A DNA stretch of 62,724 bases, filler included, from Choristocarpus tenellus KU-1152 (Eukaryota; Protista; Phaeophyceae), in the NCBI GenBank assembly GCA_964200185.2. It is 12 parts of 12 records of this genome, joined end to end, with 100 filler letters (N's around TTAATTAATTAA, not from the genome) between each part and the next. Parts side by side here need not be neighbours in the genome. Positions count along the whole stretch, not along the records: positions 47,211 to 55,838 come from CAXNAD020004515.1; positions 55,939 to 62,724 come from CAXNAD020007353.1; 10 more parts are not named here. One strand, 5' to 3'. This document shows, piece by piece, positions 51,844 to 62,724 of this stretch (position 1 is its first letter; every line of letters begins with the position of its first letter). The position numbers and the translations under genes are program-made. The notes under the pieces were generated by a model. The model made no database searches. It saw nothing but the letters and a program-made list of their open reading frames with translations, and was not told where the DNA came from.

Positions 51844-52100
51844 GAGTGAAAGTATCTTAGAGGGTACGAATTTTTCCTTGTTTGTCCATTTGGGGCTTGT
51901 CTTCCCACTGGTTTTTTGAGACATTTTCCTACTCCGAAATGTTTCAGAGTAGGTAAAATGTGTATGTTTATGAGAAGGTGTGTTCGGAACAAGGATATTG
52001 ACTTCCTAACGAACACAATAGCCAAAATTACATGAAAATCCCAACATTGGATTTTGATACCCAAACAGACGCGGCTCTACCCTCTAAGATACTTTGACTC
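51844..52100 (+). mobile_element. MITE family A copy nested in the Gypsy integrase C-terminus
   Basis: TSD TATA. Removing the element plus one TATA restores TVHIARLKP in frame. Confidence 0.93.
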
Positions 52101-53079
52101 TATATGCACAGTGATTTCTCGACCGTTGGCCTGCGCCTTCACGCGGTAGACTACCGGAGTTATTCTCTCTTTTACTTCATATGGTCCTCTCCACGGGGAC
52201 AGTAACTTAGGGTTAGGACGTCTGCCAAAGTGTGGGGTCTGTGTAGCCACACCTTAGCACCAACTTCATAAGTAGGAATGGTGTGTTCAGTGGCCTTGGA
52301 TTCGTTACGCAAAGCCATCTCACCAATATTCTGTCTAGCCAGTTCATATGCCAGTTGTAAATTATCCACTGTTTGTTTATTGTACTCCTGGGTAGAAATA
52401 GGCATGGCCTCTGGTTCTCCCAAAATGATACCGATTGGTAATATGGGACGTCTCCGAAACATTAAATTAAAGGGTGTTTCTTGTACAGTGGTATTGTAAG
52501 CGGTATTGTGAGCCAGTTGCACAAAAGGCAATATAATGACGCCCAATCCGATTGCTTCATATTGGAATACATAGCTAGCATAGCTAGCGTACCATGCATT
52601 GTCTTATGAATTATTTCAAGAATGCTATTGCCTTGAGTTCGATACGGTGTTGTTTTCGTTTTCTTGTATCCGTAGATCTTTTGAAGTTCTAGGATCAGTT
52701 TATTTTCAAACTCCTTACCCTGGTCTGAGTGTAAGGTTTCTGGGGTGCCAAAAATAGAAAACACTCGTTCTGTTAATGCTTTTGCTACCGTTGCTCCTCG
52801 TTTGTTAGGAATAGCACTGAGTAAAGCAAACCTCGTTAAATGGTCGACAGCAGATAAGACATAAGTATTTTTCTCTGATTGAGTTTTGTACTTTACCAAA
52901 TCAATTGCTACTCTCTGAAATGGGCGTGTTACTGGCATATGCCCTGGAGGGGTTGATGGTTTAGAAGGGGTTATCTTGCGGCTTTGGCATGATTGACATG
53001 TTTCACACCAAGCTCGAACATCTTTATGTAAAGTGGGTCACCAAAAACGGTCATGAACTGGATCAAAAGTGTGCTTGAA

Positions 53080-53337
53080 GAGCCAAAGTATCTTAGAGGG
53101 TAGGGCCTTGTCCATTTGGGATCAAAATCCAATGTTATGATTTGATGTAATTTTGGCTATCGTGTTTGTTGGGAAGTGTCAATATCCTTGTTCCGGACAC
53201 ACTTTTTCATGACTTACACATTTTACCTACTCCGAAATATTTTGGAGTAGGAAAATGTCAGAAAAATACGCCATGGGAAGTCAAGCCTCAAATGGACAAA
53301 AAGGGCAAAACTCGTACCCTCTAAAATAATTTCACTC
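53080..53337 (-). mobile_element. MITE family A copy nested in the Gypsy integrase zinc finger
   Basis: TSD TGAA. Removal restores LHDHVSGHLAFKHTFD in frame. Confidence 0.93.
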
Positions 53338-53849
53338 TGAATGCAAGGTGTCCTGAGACGTGGTCATGAAGGGCATGAAGTATTAACCTTGTATCTCAGT
53401 GGGTACTACTAATTGATCTCGGAATTTATCGTTCTTTCGAAGGTGACAGGGTTGATACGATTTGTATAACAACTGTTTGCCTTCCGTTTCTTGTGTGAAA
53501 AAGTAAGACATGGTATGCATTGTTTCGTTTTTTGGTCAGAGGGCTTTTTCTGGATTAGCCAAATATTTGAAATAGTCTCCATATTGAGCTTGTTGAGTTT
53601 TGAATAGTACTTCAGGGTCCACTGTTGGGAAAACATTAACGGCACTAGAGAATATTTCCGTATCATTTTATTCTCTGGTACTTTCACCTAATTTATCCAC
53701 TGATAGATCATATGCAGGGTATGTTGAAACACTGACTGACTGTCTGCTCCGTAGCTCAGGGGTTTACTATTGTTTCAACAAAAGCTACTTCAGGGGATCG
53801 CAAGTTGTTAGACTTGTTGCGGTGTCGCCCGAGGGTTGCTATCCCTCTA

Positions 53850-54200
53850 ATCAGTGACCCGCTTCGGCGGGGTGTTACTAATGTTAGGTTGTGTATCCTG
53901 GCGGCGTGTTTCAGCCTTTTGACGGATGTGTATCCTGGCGGCGTGTTTAGCCTTTTGACGGATATGTAACCAAGTAACCATGCCAGGATTCGATCCCTTG
54001 ACAGTAACGTTAGTTAGTAACATTAGCAAACCACTGAGCTACCGAGCTCACGGGTTTGCTACTGATTCAACAAACGCTACTCTCGTGGGATCGAATCTCG
54101 CCGAGGTCACATCTGTCAAAAGACAAATTACGCCGCCAGGATACACATCTGTCAAAAGGCTAAACACGCCGCCAGGATACATAACCTCACATTAGTAACG
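53850..54200. mobile_element. Palindromic (foldback) insertion with twin tRNA-like modules
   Basis: Arms 53874-53971 and 54104-54199 are inverted copies, each holding two ~37-bp units TGTGTATCCTGGCGGCGTGTTTAGCCTTTTGACGGA. Centre has divergent A/B boxes. Hairpin CCCGC-TTCG-GCGGG lies just outside the left arm. Interrupts pol between RNase H and integrase. Confidence 0.8.
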
Positions 54201-56439
54201 CTAGTTGAAGTGGTGTTTCATCCAACATAAATTCCTCCAACCGTGTCCGGGATAACATATCCGGAATGTAGTGTAAACGTCCCGGCTTATGTAAAACTGT
54301 GAAATCAATAGCTTGTAGGGCTAAGGCCCACCTGATCAACATATTGGAAGTATCTTTCATTGTATGTAACCAACGTAAAGACGAATGATCACTTACAACT
54401 GTATAGTGCTTTCCCCAAATATATGGGCACCAATGTGTGATATCAAGAATGACGGCCAGACATTCTGAGTTGATGATGTTGTCTTTGGGTTGACTTAAAA
54501 AGAGCACTATGGTAGGCTACAATTTGGAAACTATCATCCTCATTTTTATTTGCCAAAAAAGCTCCCATGCCAACATCGCTAGTGTCCACGTGAATGTAGA
54601 ACTCTCGAGTAAAATCTGGAAAGATTAACACTGGCGCCATAGTTAATAGACGCTTGCACTCATTAAAAGAATTTTGCTGTGCTCGTCCCCATAGTTGAGA
54701 TAAAATTTTGTCTTTTCCACTCTTTTTTGTACTTTTCCTTGTAAGTGATACTAGAGGTTCAGTTATTGTAGCCAAATAGGGAATATATTTCCTAACAAAG
54801 TTCATGGAACCTAGAAAGGATGGTAATTCCTTTACAGAGTTAGGGGCTTTCAGAGCGGTAATAGCCTAGATTCGATCCGGTGACACAGCAATACCACTAG
54901 AGCTGACTTCATGTCCCAAATAAGGAATTGATTTTGAGCCAAATTGGGCTTTAGAGGGTTTTAGGGTGAGTCCTACTTGCTGCAGTAACGACAATACGCT
55001 CTCAAGAAGTTGGATATGGTGGTTCCACGTTGGGGAGGCTAGTGAAATGCCATCAAGATAAATCAGTTTGCCCATACTCGGTCCTAGCGTTGAAAATGTT
55101 TCAGACATGATGAAGCGTTGATATATCTATGATGCATTAGCAACAGTAAAGGGCAGCCTTTTGAATTCGTATCTTCCATCCGGTGTGACAAAGACAGTTT
55201 TTGGTGTTCGGTAGCGTCGGTGATGGGTAGCTGCCAGTAGGCTGACTGAACATCGAGACACGACAGGTATTTTGTTCCCCCTAGTGTACCCAAACAATCT
55301 TCCATAGAAGGTAACGGACAGGAATTACGTACCAAATTTTCGTTCAATGAGAGCCAAAAGTCTACACAGAATCGAGGAGACCCATCAATTTTTTTCACTA
55401 TGGTTACTGGTGACGCCCAAGGACTTGAGGAAGGTTGAATTATTCCCTGATTTTCCATGTCCTCCACACATGTACGTATTGTCTCACGTATTTGGGGTGC
55501 GGTCCGATATGGTGGACGATTCACAGGGTTAGTACCTGGTTTAAGTAAATTCGACACTGGTATTATTGCAACAGCCTAGTTCCTCCGAAGTGAGTGAAAA
55601 TACAGGTCGATATTTGGCAACAAGGTCAAATGACTCTTCACGTTCCTTATCAGATAATACTGTATCTACTAGGTCTTTTTTACCAAAAACTTCTTTCAAT
55701 TCATCACAGGTTTGTTTAAGCTCCTCTGGAGTGTTTGGGGTAGCTGCTATGGTACTGGTCTGTGCTTCAGAAAGGGTATGAATTTGATCCACTGGTGCTA
55801 TATGACCTACAACAAATTTGATGAGGTATCTCAACACCNNNNNNNNNNNNNNNNNNNNNNNNNNNNNNNNNNNNNNNNNNNNTTAATTAATTAANNNNNN
55901 NNNNNNNNNNNNNNNNNNNNNNNNNNNNNNNNNNNNNNTGATTGTTCCATTACTCCATACATATTTTACCGGAACTGTCCGATAGAGTTGGAAGAGTCTA
56001 ATCGAACATGCCCCCCATTCACAAAGCATACTCAAGGCTGCTAGTGCACAAAACAGGCAATGCCAATAATTAAGATAAATAAAGGAAATGAAATAAATAA
56101 AAATTGAAAATAGAAAAATAAATAAAAGTAATATGTGGATGATGAGGGCAACAAAGTAGAAACTGAATAAAAAATAAAATAAAATAAAATAAAATAAAAG
56201 GAAGAACAGAAAAAATAAGAACAAAGAAAAGAAAAAAGGTTAGTAAATAAGAAGAGTAACAACTATGAAAAAAAATGAAATTAAAAATCAGGGGATGATG
56301 GGATGAGATCTAAAAATAAATAAAGATTAGAAAAACGAAAGTGAGATATAGAAGATGTGAAAAATAGAGAATTCAAGATCACAGAGAGTTGTTACACAAC
56401 ATAGAAAAGAGTAAAATAACTAAATAAAAATAAAAAGTA

Positions 56440-56696
56440 GAGTCAAAGTATCTTAGACCGTAGAGCTGCGTCCGTTTGGGACCAAAATCCAATGTTGCAA
56501 TTTTGATGTAATCTTGGCTATCGCGTTTGTTAGGAAGTGTCAATATCCTTGTTCCGGACACACCTTTTCATAACGCATACATTTTACCTATTCCGAAACA
56601 TTTTGGGGTAGGAAAATGTCATTAAAAACCCCGTGGAAGCCAAGCCCCAAACGGACAAACAGGGTAAAACCCTTTCCCTCTACGATAGTTTTTCTC
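56440..56696 (-). mobile_element. MITE family A copy
   Basis: Left TIR intact, right TIR degenerate. TSD AGTA. Confidence 0.88.
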
Positions 56697-57379
56697 AGTA
56701 GCGAGTTCAGTGTTTGTATTTTCTAAGGACTTCAGCCTATACAACTGATGTATATTAATGTGTGCTATAATGTGGGCAGCTTCATTTTAACTTCTGCAGT
56801 CTAATGTTCCTTTCAGTGGCTATGATTATCATTGCTTTAATCTCTTGTTCTAGCATGTACCGGCTGAACCTCACCTTGTCTTTCAGGCATACAGTTGTAA
56901 CCGGCTGGGAGGTTTTCTGGAGGAGGCACTCGTCTCTCCCCTGCTGAATTCCCCCTTACCTCCATTATTCAGACGTACCCTCCAGTAGAGTGACTTGAAC
57001 TCAAAAACTGGACCCTGTGTCCTACCTGTCTCTGCCGCTTTCATCCTTCCACAATGTTTGACACTAGTACCAATAGGGAAGAGATGTAACACATCCTATC
57101 GGGGCAAGAGTTGTCCTTGGCTGGGAACATTAGTTAGGCATGATCTTGTGATAGGATGTTTAAGGTCCAAGAAGAAGGCATGATAAACACCCAACCGTAG
57201 TAAGGTAAAGCTGTTCATTTCTTCTGTTGTGTTACTTAGTCTGACAGCTATCCATCTTGGACTTTCTTTTGTAATACAATGCCATTTGCTAAGGTCTGAC
57301 AAGGGTACATTGTTCTTGCTCAATCTGAGTGTTGGAATCTAGGCAAAATGCACCCATGGTGACAGTGGTGATGGTTGGG

Positions 57380-59440
57380 AGCATTGACCTTCTCTAAATG
57401 ACGGCTCCCTCCAGTGTTGTCTACAAAGTGTTGCTCCAAAAAATAATTTCGTAAGGCAGCCCCACCATTATCCTACAACCCATATTGCGCACTTTTTCCT
57501 CCGGGGAAAACGCTATTGGAAGTTTTCATGACCTCAATACTAGCATTGGTGGAATATTGCAACCTCTGGGGTTTGCTGCATGTAAGGTACCTTTGCCTGC
57601 CATGTTGAACTGTGGTAAGCAATTTTCACAAAAATAGATAAGACCTGCACCTATGTCAGGGAGTACCTGGCTGGACAAGCATTCTCGAGTGGACTCTGTG
57701 TGGTGACATAGCTGGGCATATGTCAATACTTGACTAGTACCATAGGCCGGTGTTATGGTGAATATTATTGAGGTGGAAATGAAAGTCTAAATGTCTATAG
57801 TTGGAATGACATGACTGGAAACTTAGACTCCACGGTGTAACTTCAAGACAACTCTGCGGCGTCCGAATCGGTTGGGCTTCCTGTGAATAGTGGAGGGATA
57901 TTCGATTCTTAAATCGCTCTAATTACTGGAGATGTGTATGTTTTAAGGCTACCATCGTACGCGACTCTGCAGTAGATTGAGTACCCCGAGGTCCTCGGTG
58001 GGTTCCCGAAAGGTATGGGAACGAACGAGTCTTATGTATACCTACACTCGTCAGTTATGGATGTGATGCAGTCTCGACCATACGCATGATGAAAGCATAC
58101 TCGGTGGGTCTTTATCCGTATATCGACTTCGTCCTGGGAGGAAGATGATGGAGGTAAGCCTTTGCCCGAATAGTGCCGACTTCTATTGCTCTCCTTATCT
58201 GTGGGTAGAGCAAGTGGGGATCAAAGCACAGACTGGGCAACGGATGTGACTGATCGAACAGTTTTGATGCCTTGCTTTTTGGGAACGAACGAGGTACTGT
58301 GTTTTCTGGGAATGGAAGAAAGTTCGGTATTCAAGGCTGCACAGACAGCGGGCAAGGAGTTCTGGGTTAAAACAAGTTGAAGCATCGGTGCAAGGGCTGC
58401 TAGTACACGGTTGACAACCTCTCTGTATAAAAGTGAATTTTGGCTTGATACCTATTCGTGCATGGAAGTCCTGTTGTGTCGATATGGTCCCTGTTTCTTC
58501 CTGATGATCAGGGTTTCGACTGAGGCAGCGCAAGGGTGGGACATGCTAGCAAACAAGCGCATCTACCATCTATCTAAATCAATGAAAGTCTCCTCCTTGT
58601 ACAATGCAGGTTTTGCAGCATTTTGATTGGCTGGGATAAATCGGTCGCTTCGATTGGATAACGACAGTTTACTATCTCATTCCCCAAAGAATTACGCTGA
58701 TCTGTAAAGAAATAATATAATACATAATATATTAGAGAACAGAGGGTAATTTGATGTGGGTTGGTACAAATCAATGAGTTGATCTTCACCTATATATCTC
58801 CCCCCCCAAGCAAGCTTTACATATATGAGGCATCCGCAAGTCCTCCACCGTATACGCTCGATAGTGGAAAACTGGGCTATGGCCGCAGCCTTCCGTGTCA
58901 CACCTTTCTCCCTCTTTAAAAAAAGAAAGTACACATGGCAACCTTTACCACAATTTTCGGCTGGCCATCCAAAAAAGGTGCATTCTCTCACTGCAACATG
59001 AACCCACTCAGTTGTCGTAACGTCGTCTCAACGGACCTGTAAGAGCTTTCTTTGATGCGTGGGGCGTTGATTGCAGATGAAGCACCTGAAAGGACCGCTG
59101 TGTGTCCTAAGAATGTCAGACAAGAGTTTTCGAGGAGCTCGATATGGAAAGGGGTGAAGTGACTGATGTGTGGACGCAATGCATAAGCACGTTGAGCCAT
59201 CACGACTGCTGCAAGAGTTCTCACAAAGTCTAGCCTCGGGCAGGAACATCTCCTAATTACTGGTTCCCAGTGGAACCTGTGAAATAAAAGAACAGTGTGA
59301 TACACGAACAACAGATCAGGAATGTGAGTGTACGAATGGCGAGGAAGAACTACCTAGGCAACGTCTATACCATGGCGGTCAATAACCACTCGTTTATGAC
59401 TATAGATATGAATGATATGGTGGTCAGAGACCACTCATTG
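57380..59440 (-). mobile_element. Second, more decayed gag-protease relic of the same family as 33943-36705
   Basis: Shared GKGTLHAANP.GC..PPM, KTHRVCFHHA.GRD and RECT motifs. Shared leader blocks CCTAGGCAACGTCT and GACCACTCATT. Confidence 0.8.
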
Positions 59441-60254
59441 TACAACAATGAAGGTGGATGGTGCCCTCGGAGCCACAGATGCCATCGCACCCACGGAGAC
59501 GACGAGGATAAGACGAATACCCCGCAGACGCCGCATGAAGATCACAAACCCAAGCGAGAAAAGAAAGGAATCCAGGCCGGCGTAGGAAGCTACAAAGAAT
59601 CCTAAGTGTTGAGGTGAATACGGAGTATTCTCTCCAGTTTCAAGAGAGTCTCGGTAGGATCTCCATGTCACAGCGTGCCCCTCAGAACTCACCTCCACAG
59701 GATGTACAACTCAAATCCAAAGATTTTAGAACGACGCTATGAGGACGTTGCCCTTGATAACAGTTTTTGTAGGGTGTCAGGTATCCTTCTGTTTTTGACA
59801 TTCCACACAGTGCTTAGCTCAAAGCTCGACTCAAAGTTTCGTTCAAGATAAAAAGTTAGGACTGGAGGTAAAAGAGGGGTGATGACTTGACCAACAGTCC
59901 TCTTATTATTTTCATCATCCACCCAATTTCTTTGGTCTTCTATGCAACTGCTCTACATGTACTCCAATCAATAAACATTATTCTGCATCTTCTTAGGGAC
60001 TTTGACAAATGTTATGTATGCATTCCGAATCTTACTCGGTATCTTCTATGAAATCATTATTTACTCTTTAAGACTACATATGTGTTACAAATATCGTATA
60101 TTGTTCGCACTTGCTAGAATGCGAGACACAATACTCGCACTATATGTCTGTCACAAGTATTCGTGTTTGCTAAAACATGGGAAGAAATGGTCGCGTTATT
60201 CGCGTGTAACAAATGCTCGCACTTCGTTGGAGCACAAGAAGAAATGCTCGCGCT

Positions 60255-60658
60255 ATTTGCCTGTAACATGTGTGTGTTCACAGAAAGTCTGCAAAAGGCG
60301 TTAAAAAGATGTCCAAGAATCTTGCTTTTTTTCTCGGTATGGCCACACGCAACATATATTGACAGGGGTCTGTCTAGGCTAGACCAGTTTTTTGAGGGAA
60401 TTCCGCCAAGCCACTCCATTTTTGTACCTTTTGAGGTTGTGACCATCAACATTGCGCAGGAGTTATTCCCCCGCATTTTTGGCATTCTTTGATCGGGATA
60501 TAGTTCCCATTCGCTGGAGTTAGTACATTCCTGTATACAAATCTTTAACCCTTCTTGGCATAAGTGTTCATTTGATATGTATATTGTTGCATACCTCTCA
60601 TGGCAAGACAGGGGGAAAAAGCAAGACCGCCACAGACCGCGAAGCTATTGGTACCACT
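60255..60658 (-). mobile_element. Dispersed element family C copy (Kolobok-like terminus)
   Basis: Begins TTAA|AGTGGTACCAATAGC on the minus strand. Aligns with 43607-44010. Confidence 0.7.
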
Positions 60659-61485
60659 TTAACTCCACGTTCCTATTTCCAACGTCAGTTTCTCCTATCA
60701 GCTACCATGGGGAGTGAGGGACATGTGAGCGTACTTACGTTTAAGAAACTTGTGGATGGAAAAGCAGAGGGAGGTGGGACGGGGGAGAACTAGTGCTAGA
60801 CACGTCTCCAACGCAACGTTGACAAGTTGGAGTGTGACTAACTAACAAGAGTTTAATGGGTTTGTATTCCTTAACTAAGAAAGAGGTTCATAGTCAAATT
60901 CCATTCCAAATAAATTGTGCTAGGTAGTGTACATGAGATGATACGAAAAGGTTAGATTACCCGACCATCCAACACCATCACAATCACGTTCTGGTGAAAA
61001 TTGTTTTCTTTTTGAGGTGATTCTCTTCTATTCCTCCTCAATTCTTTTCACTCCTTCTTTATGTTTGTTGCTTTTCGTTTTGAGTCCTTTTTCCTTTTTC
61101 TAAATGTCTACTATATATTGGGTTCTTTCGAGTACTTTTCTGGGTCATAGATCGAAGATTTCTCAGACCAACGATACGAAATAGTATTAGTATGTATATT
61201 TTTATTATTATACCTTCTGACATTTTGCATTAGTATGTATATTATTTATGGAGGATGTTAATACATAAATTTAAGAGGTTCAAATATCAGATTGATCATA
61301 CTTCGATAATTTGGTGTAGAGTGGAGTATTTTGAACTATTTTGGCGTACAATACATGAAAAGCAAAGGGAGGAAGGATAGGCATTGGGAATATATATTTG
61401 TTGTACTGTTGTTGTTCTAGGAGACACATCAAAAAAATGTCGTACCCCTCTGTGTTGAGTCAGGACGAATATTGTATAGTTTTCA

Positions 61486-61535
61486 TTGGTTTCCCCCCTG
61501 ACACATCTGCAAAATGTCAAAGGGCATAATAATAG
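61486..61535 (+). repeat. Short dispersed repeat D (retroposon 3'-end-like)
   Basis: CCCTGACACATCTGCAAAATGTCA.AGGGCATAATAATA. Related copies at ~1177-1227 (-), 3915-3970, 5388-5450, 5878-5935 and 61205-61230 (-, partial). Confidence 0.7.
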
Positions 61536-62724
61536 AAATATTGTACAGACAGAAAAGAAGTTGCTCCACAAAAAGACAAATTCTTCGGGTCCGAACGTTT
61601 CGTCGCTGGTGTTTGGGACAGTGTAAGGAACATCGAACAATCGAGAAATACAAAAAAAATCATACAAAAGTATCGAAATCACGATTTTCGCTTCAAATTT
61701 TACACCAATTCATATAGAGAAAACTTGAACCTTAATAATGCGAAGTGGAAAAGAAGGGATGGAAAACGGTAACAGTGTACCTAAAGCGTTGGAGAAATGT
61801 GGGGGAGTGACCAAATTAAGAAAAGCGAAAAAAAAAATGGGCGTAAAACGGAAATCTTCCCACTTCCAGACAAACATTAAAGGCTTCATTTTCTACCCAA
61901 TTTTTGCGATTTTTGTTCATTATTGTTTTTCCACTCCCCCTCACTTCACCAACCTTCCAACCACACTGCTACCGATTCCTATCTCTTCTTTTCATTTTGA
62001 CGATAAGGTTTGGGTTTTGTCCTTGTTGTGCTCTAAATGGCAAAACATTTGAAGGGGAAAACGCGGTGGCGAAAGTTCGGGCGATTTTCTTTTCCGATTT
62101 TTGGTTCTTTCCATTCTTCCATGTTCTTCGCGTTGTGCCGAACAGTCCCAGAAAGGTTTGGTCATGAAAAAATATAGTATGTAGAGAAGCCTGTTTCTGT
62201 TCATGTATTTTCTTCCTGTGCTGAACTGCTTCATGGAGCACTGAAAAACTGCATGTTCATACATAGGACTCACCTTCCAGGGGTCGTTCATTGATTATGT
62301 TTGAGTTACGAAAACATTGAAGCATTATTTGAATGAAGTGTTTTGTGCTCATGCAATATCATTATTTCTTCAACCTTCTACACAGCCTGCCACTCTCCAT
62401 TCACCTACTATCCGTCCACATCGTTCTCTTTTTCATCCTCCTCATTCTCTACCACTCAAAAATGTTGTCCTCTGTCCGAGGGGAAACAATGAGGTTTTCC
62501 TCCTTCAGCTCACTCTCTTCATCCTCCTTGATCATCTTCACCTTCAAACTCCTCACCCGAGCACTTTTGGCAGCTTCACTCAAGACTAGCAACTCGGCCT
62601 TTCTTTGTCATTTTCCCCTTACCCGCATTCTTTCTTCCCTTCCCCATGATTCAGCTGTCCTCAGAACCCCAATTGGGATACCCCTGTGCTGGGTCACTTG
62701 TATCTCATGAACGCCTTTGAATGG

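Larger units (their letters stand above)
51105..55838 (-). mobile_element. Ty3/Gypsy chromodomain-containing retrotransposon pol (RT-RNaseH-INT-CHD), pseudogenised
   Basis: RT: PSSSPWASPVTIVKK.DGSPRFCVDF, LDVQSAYWQ, IYLDG (YLDD mutated). RNase H: HVDTSDVGMGA, SDHSSLRWL. Integrase: H.H...CETCQSC and RPFQRVAIDL...LHSDQGKEF. Chromodomain: YFVEGIADH...YQLRFRGFAPASDVW. Weak PPT followed by TG near 51105-51115. Confidence 0.95.

Noticed and set aside
51315-52064. 249-aa ORF as a novel chromodomain gene
   Set aside because: Chimera of MITE sequence read in frame into the Gypsy integrase C-terminus.
53977-54108. Functional tRNA genes
   Set aside because: A/B boxes are present but the acceptor stems do not pair, and both modules are parts of the palindromic insertion.
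55883-56262. Hydrophobic membrane-protein ORFs
   Set aside because: Translation of A-rich low-complexity sequence.

Overview
Eukaryotic, intron-rich and repeat-rich DNA, most consistent with a stramenopile such as a brown alga (inferred from GT-AG introns, AACCCT motifs and a stramenopile-type GKW...RI.KKF.G domain). The window is not one locus. It is 12 short contigs joined by 11 artificial 100-nt linkers (N44-TTAATTAATTAA-N44), so adjacency across linkers is meaningless. Recognisable host genes: a U2 snRNA copy with a variant 3' half, a spliced LSm8 gene head-to-head with a divergent proteasome beta type-2 (PSMB2-like) gene, and a two-exon gene with an uncharacterised stramenopile-type domain. 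Much of the rest is transposon-derived: 13 copies of a ~255-bp MITE with GAG...CTC termini and 4-bp TSDs (Sola2-like), a related ~180-bp MITE, a decayed DD39D-type mariner, a chromodomain-bearing Gypsy pol with three nested insertions, two gag-protease relics with an apparent CCCH-type finger, a three-copy element with a Kolobok-like end, short retroposon-like 3' ends and several tandem arrays. The most unusual object is a ~350-bp palindromic insertion carrying two back-to-back tRNA-like Pol III promoter modules and a terminal TTCG hairpin. No CRISPR array or prokaryotic system is supported.
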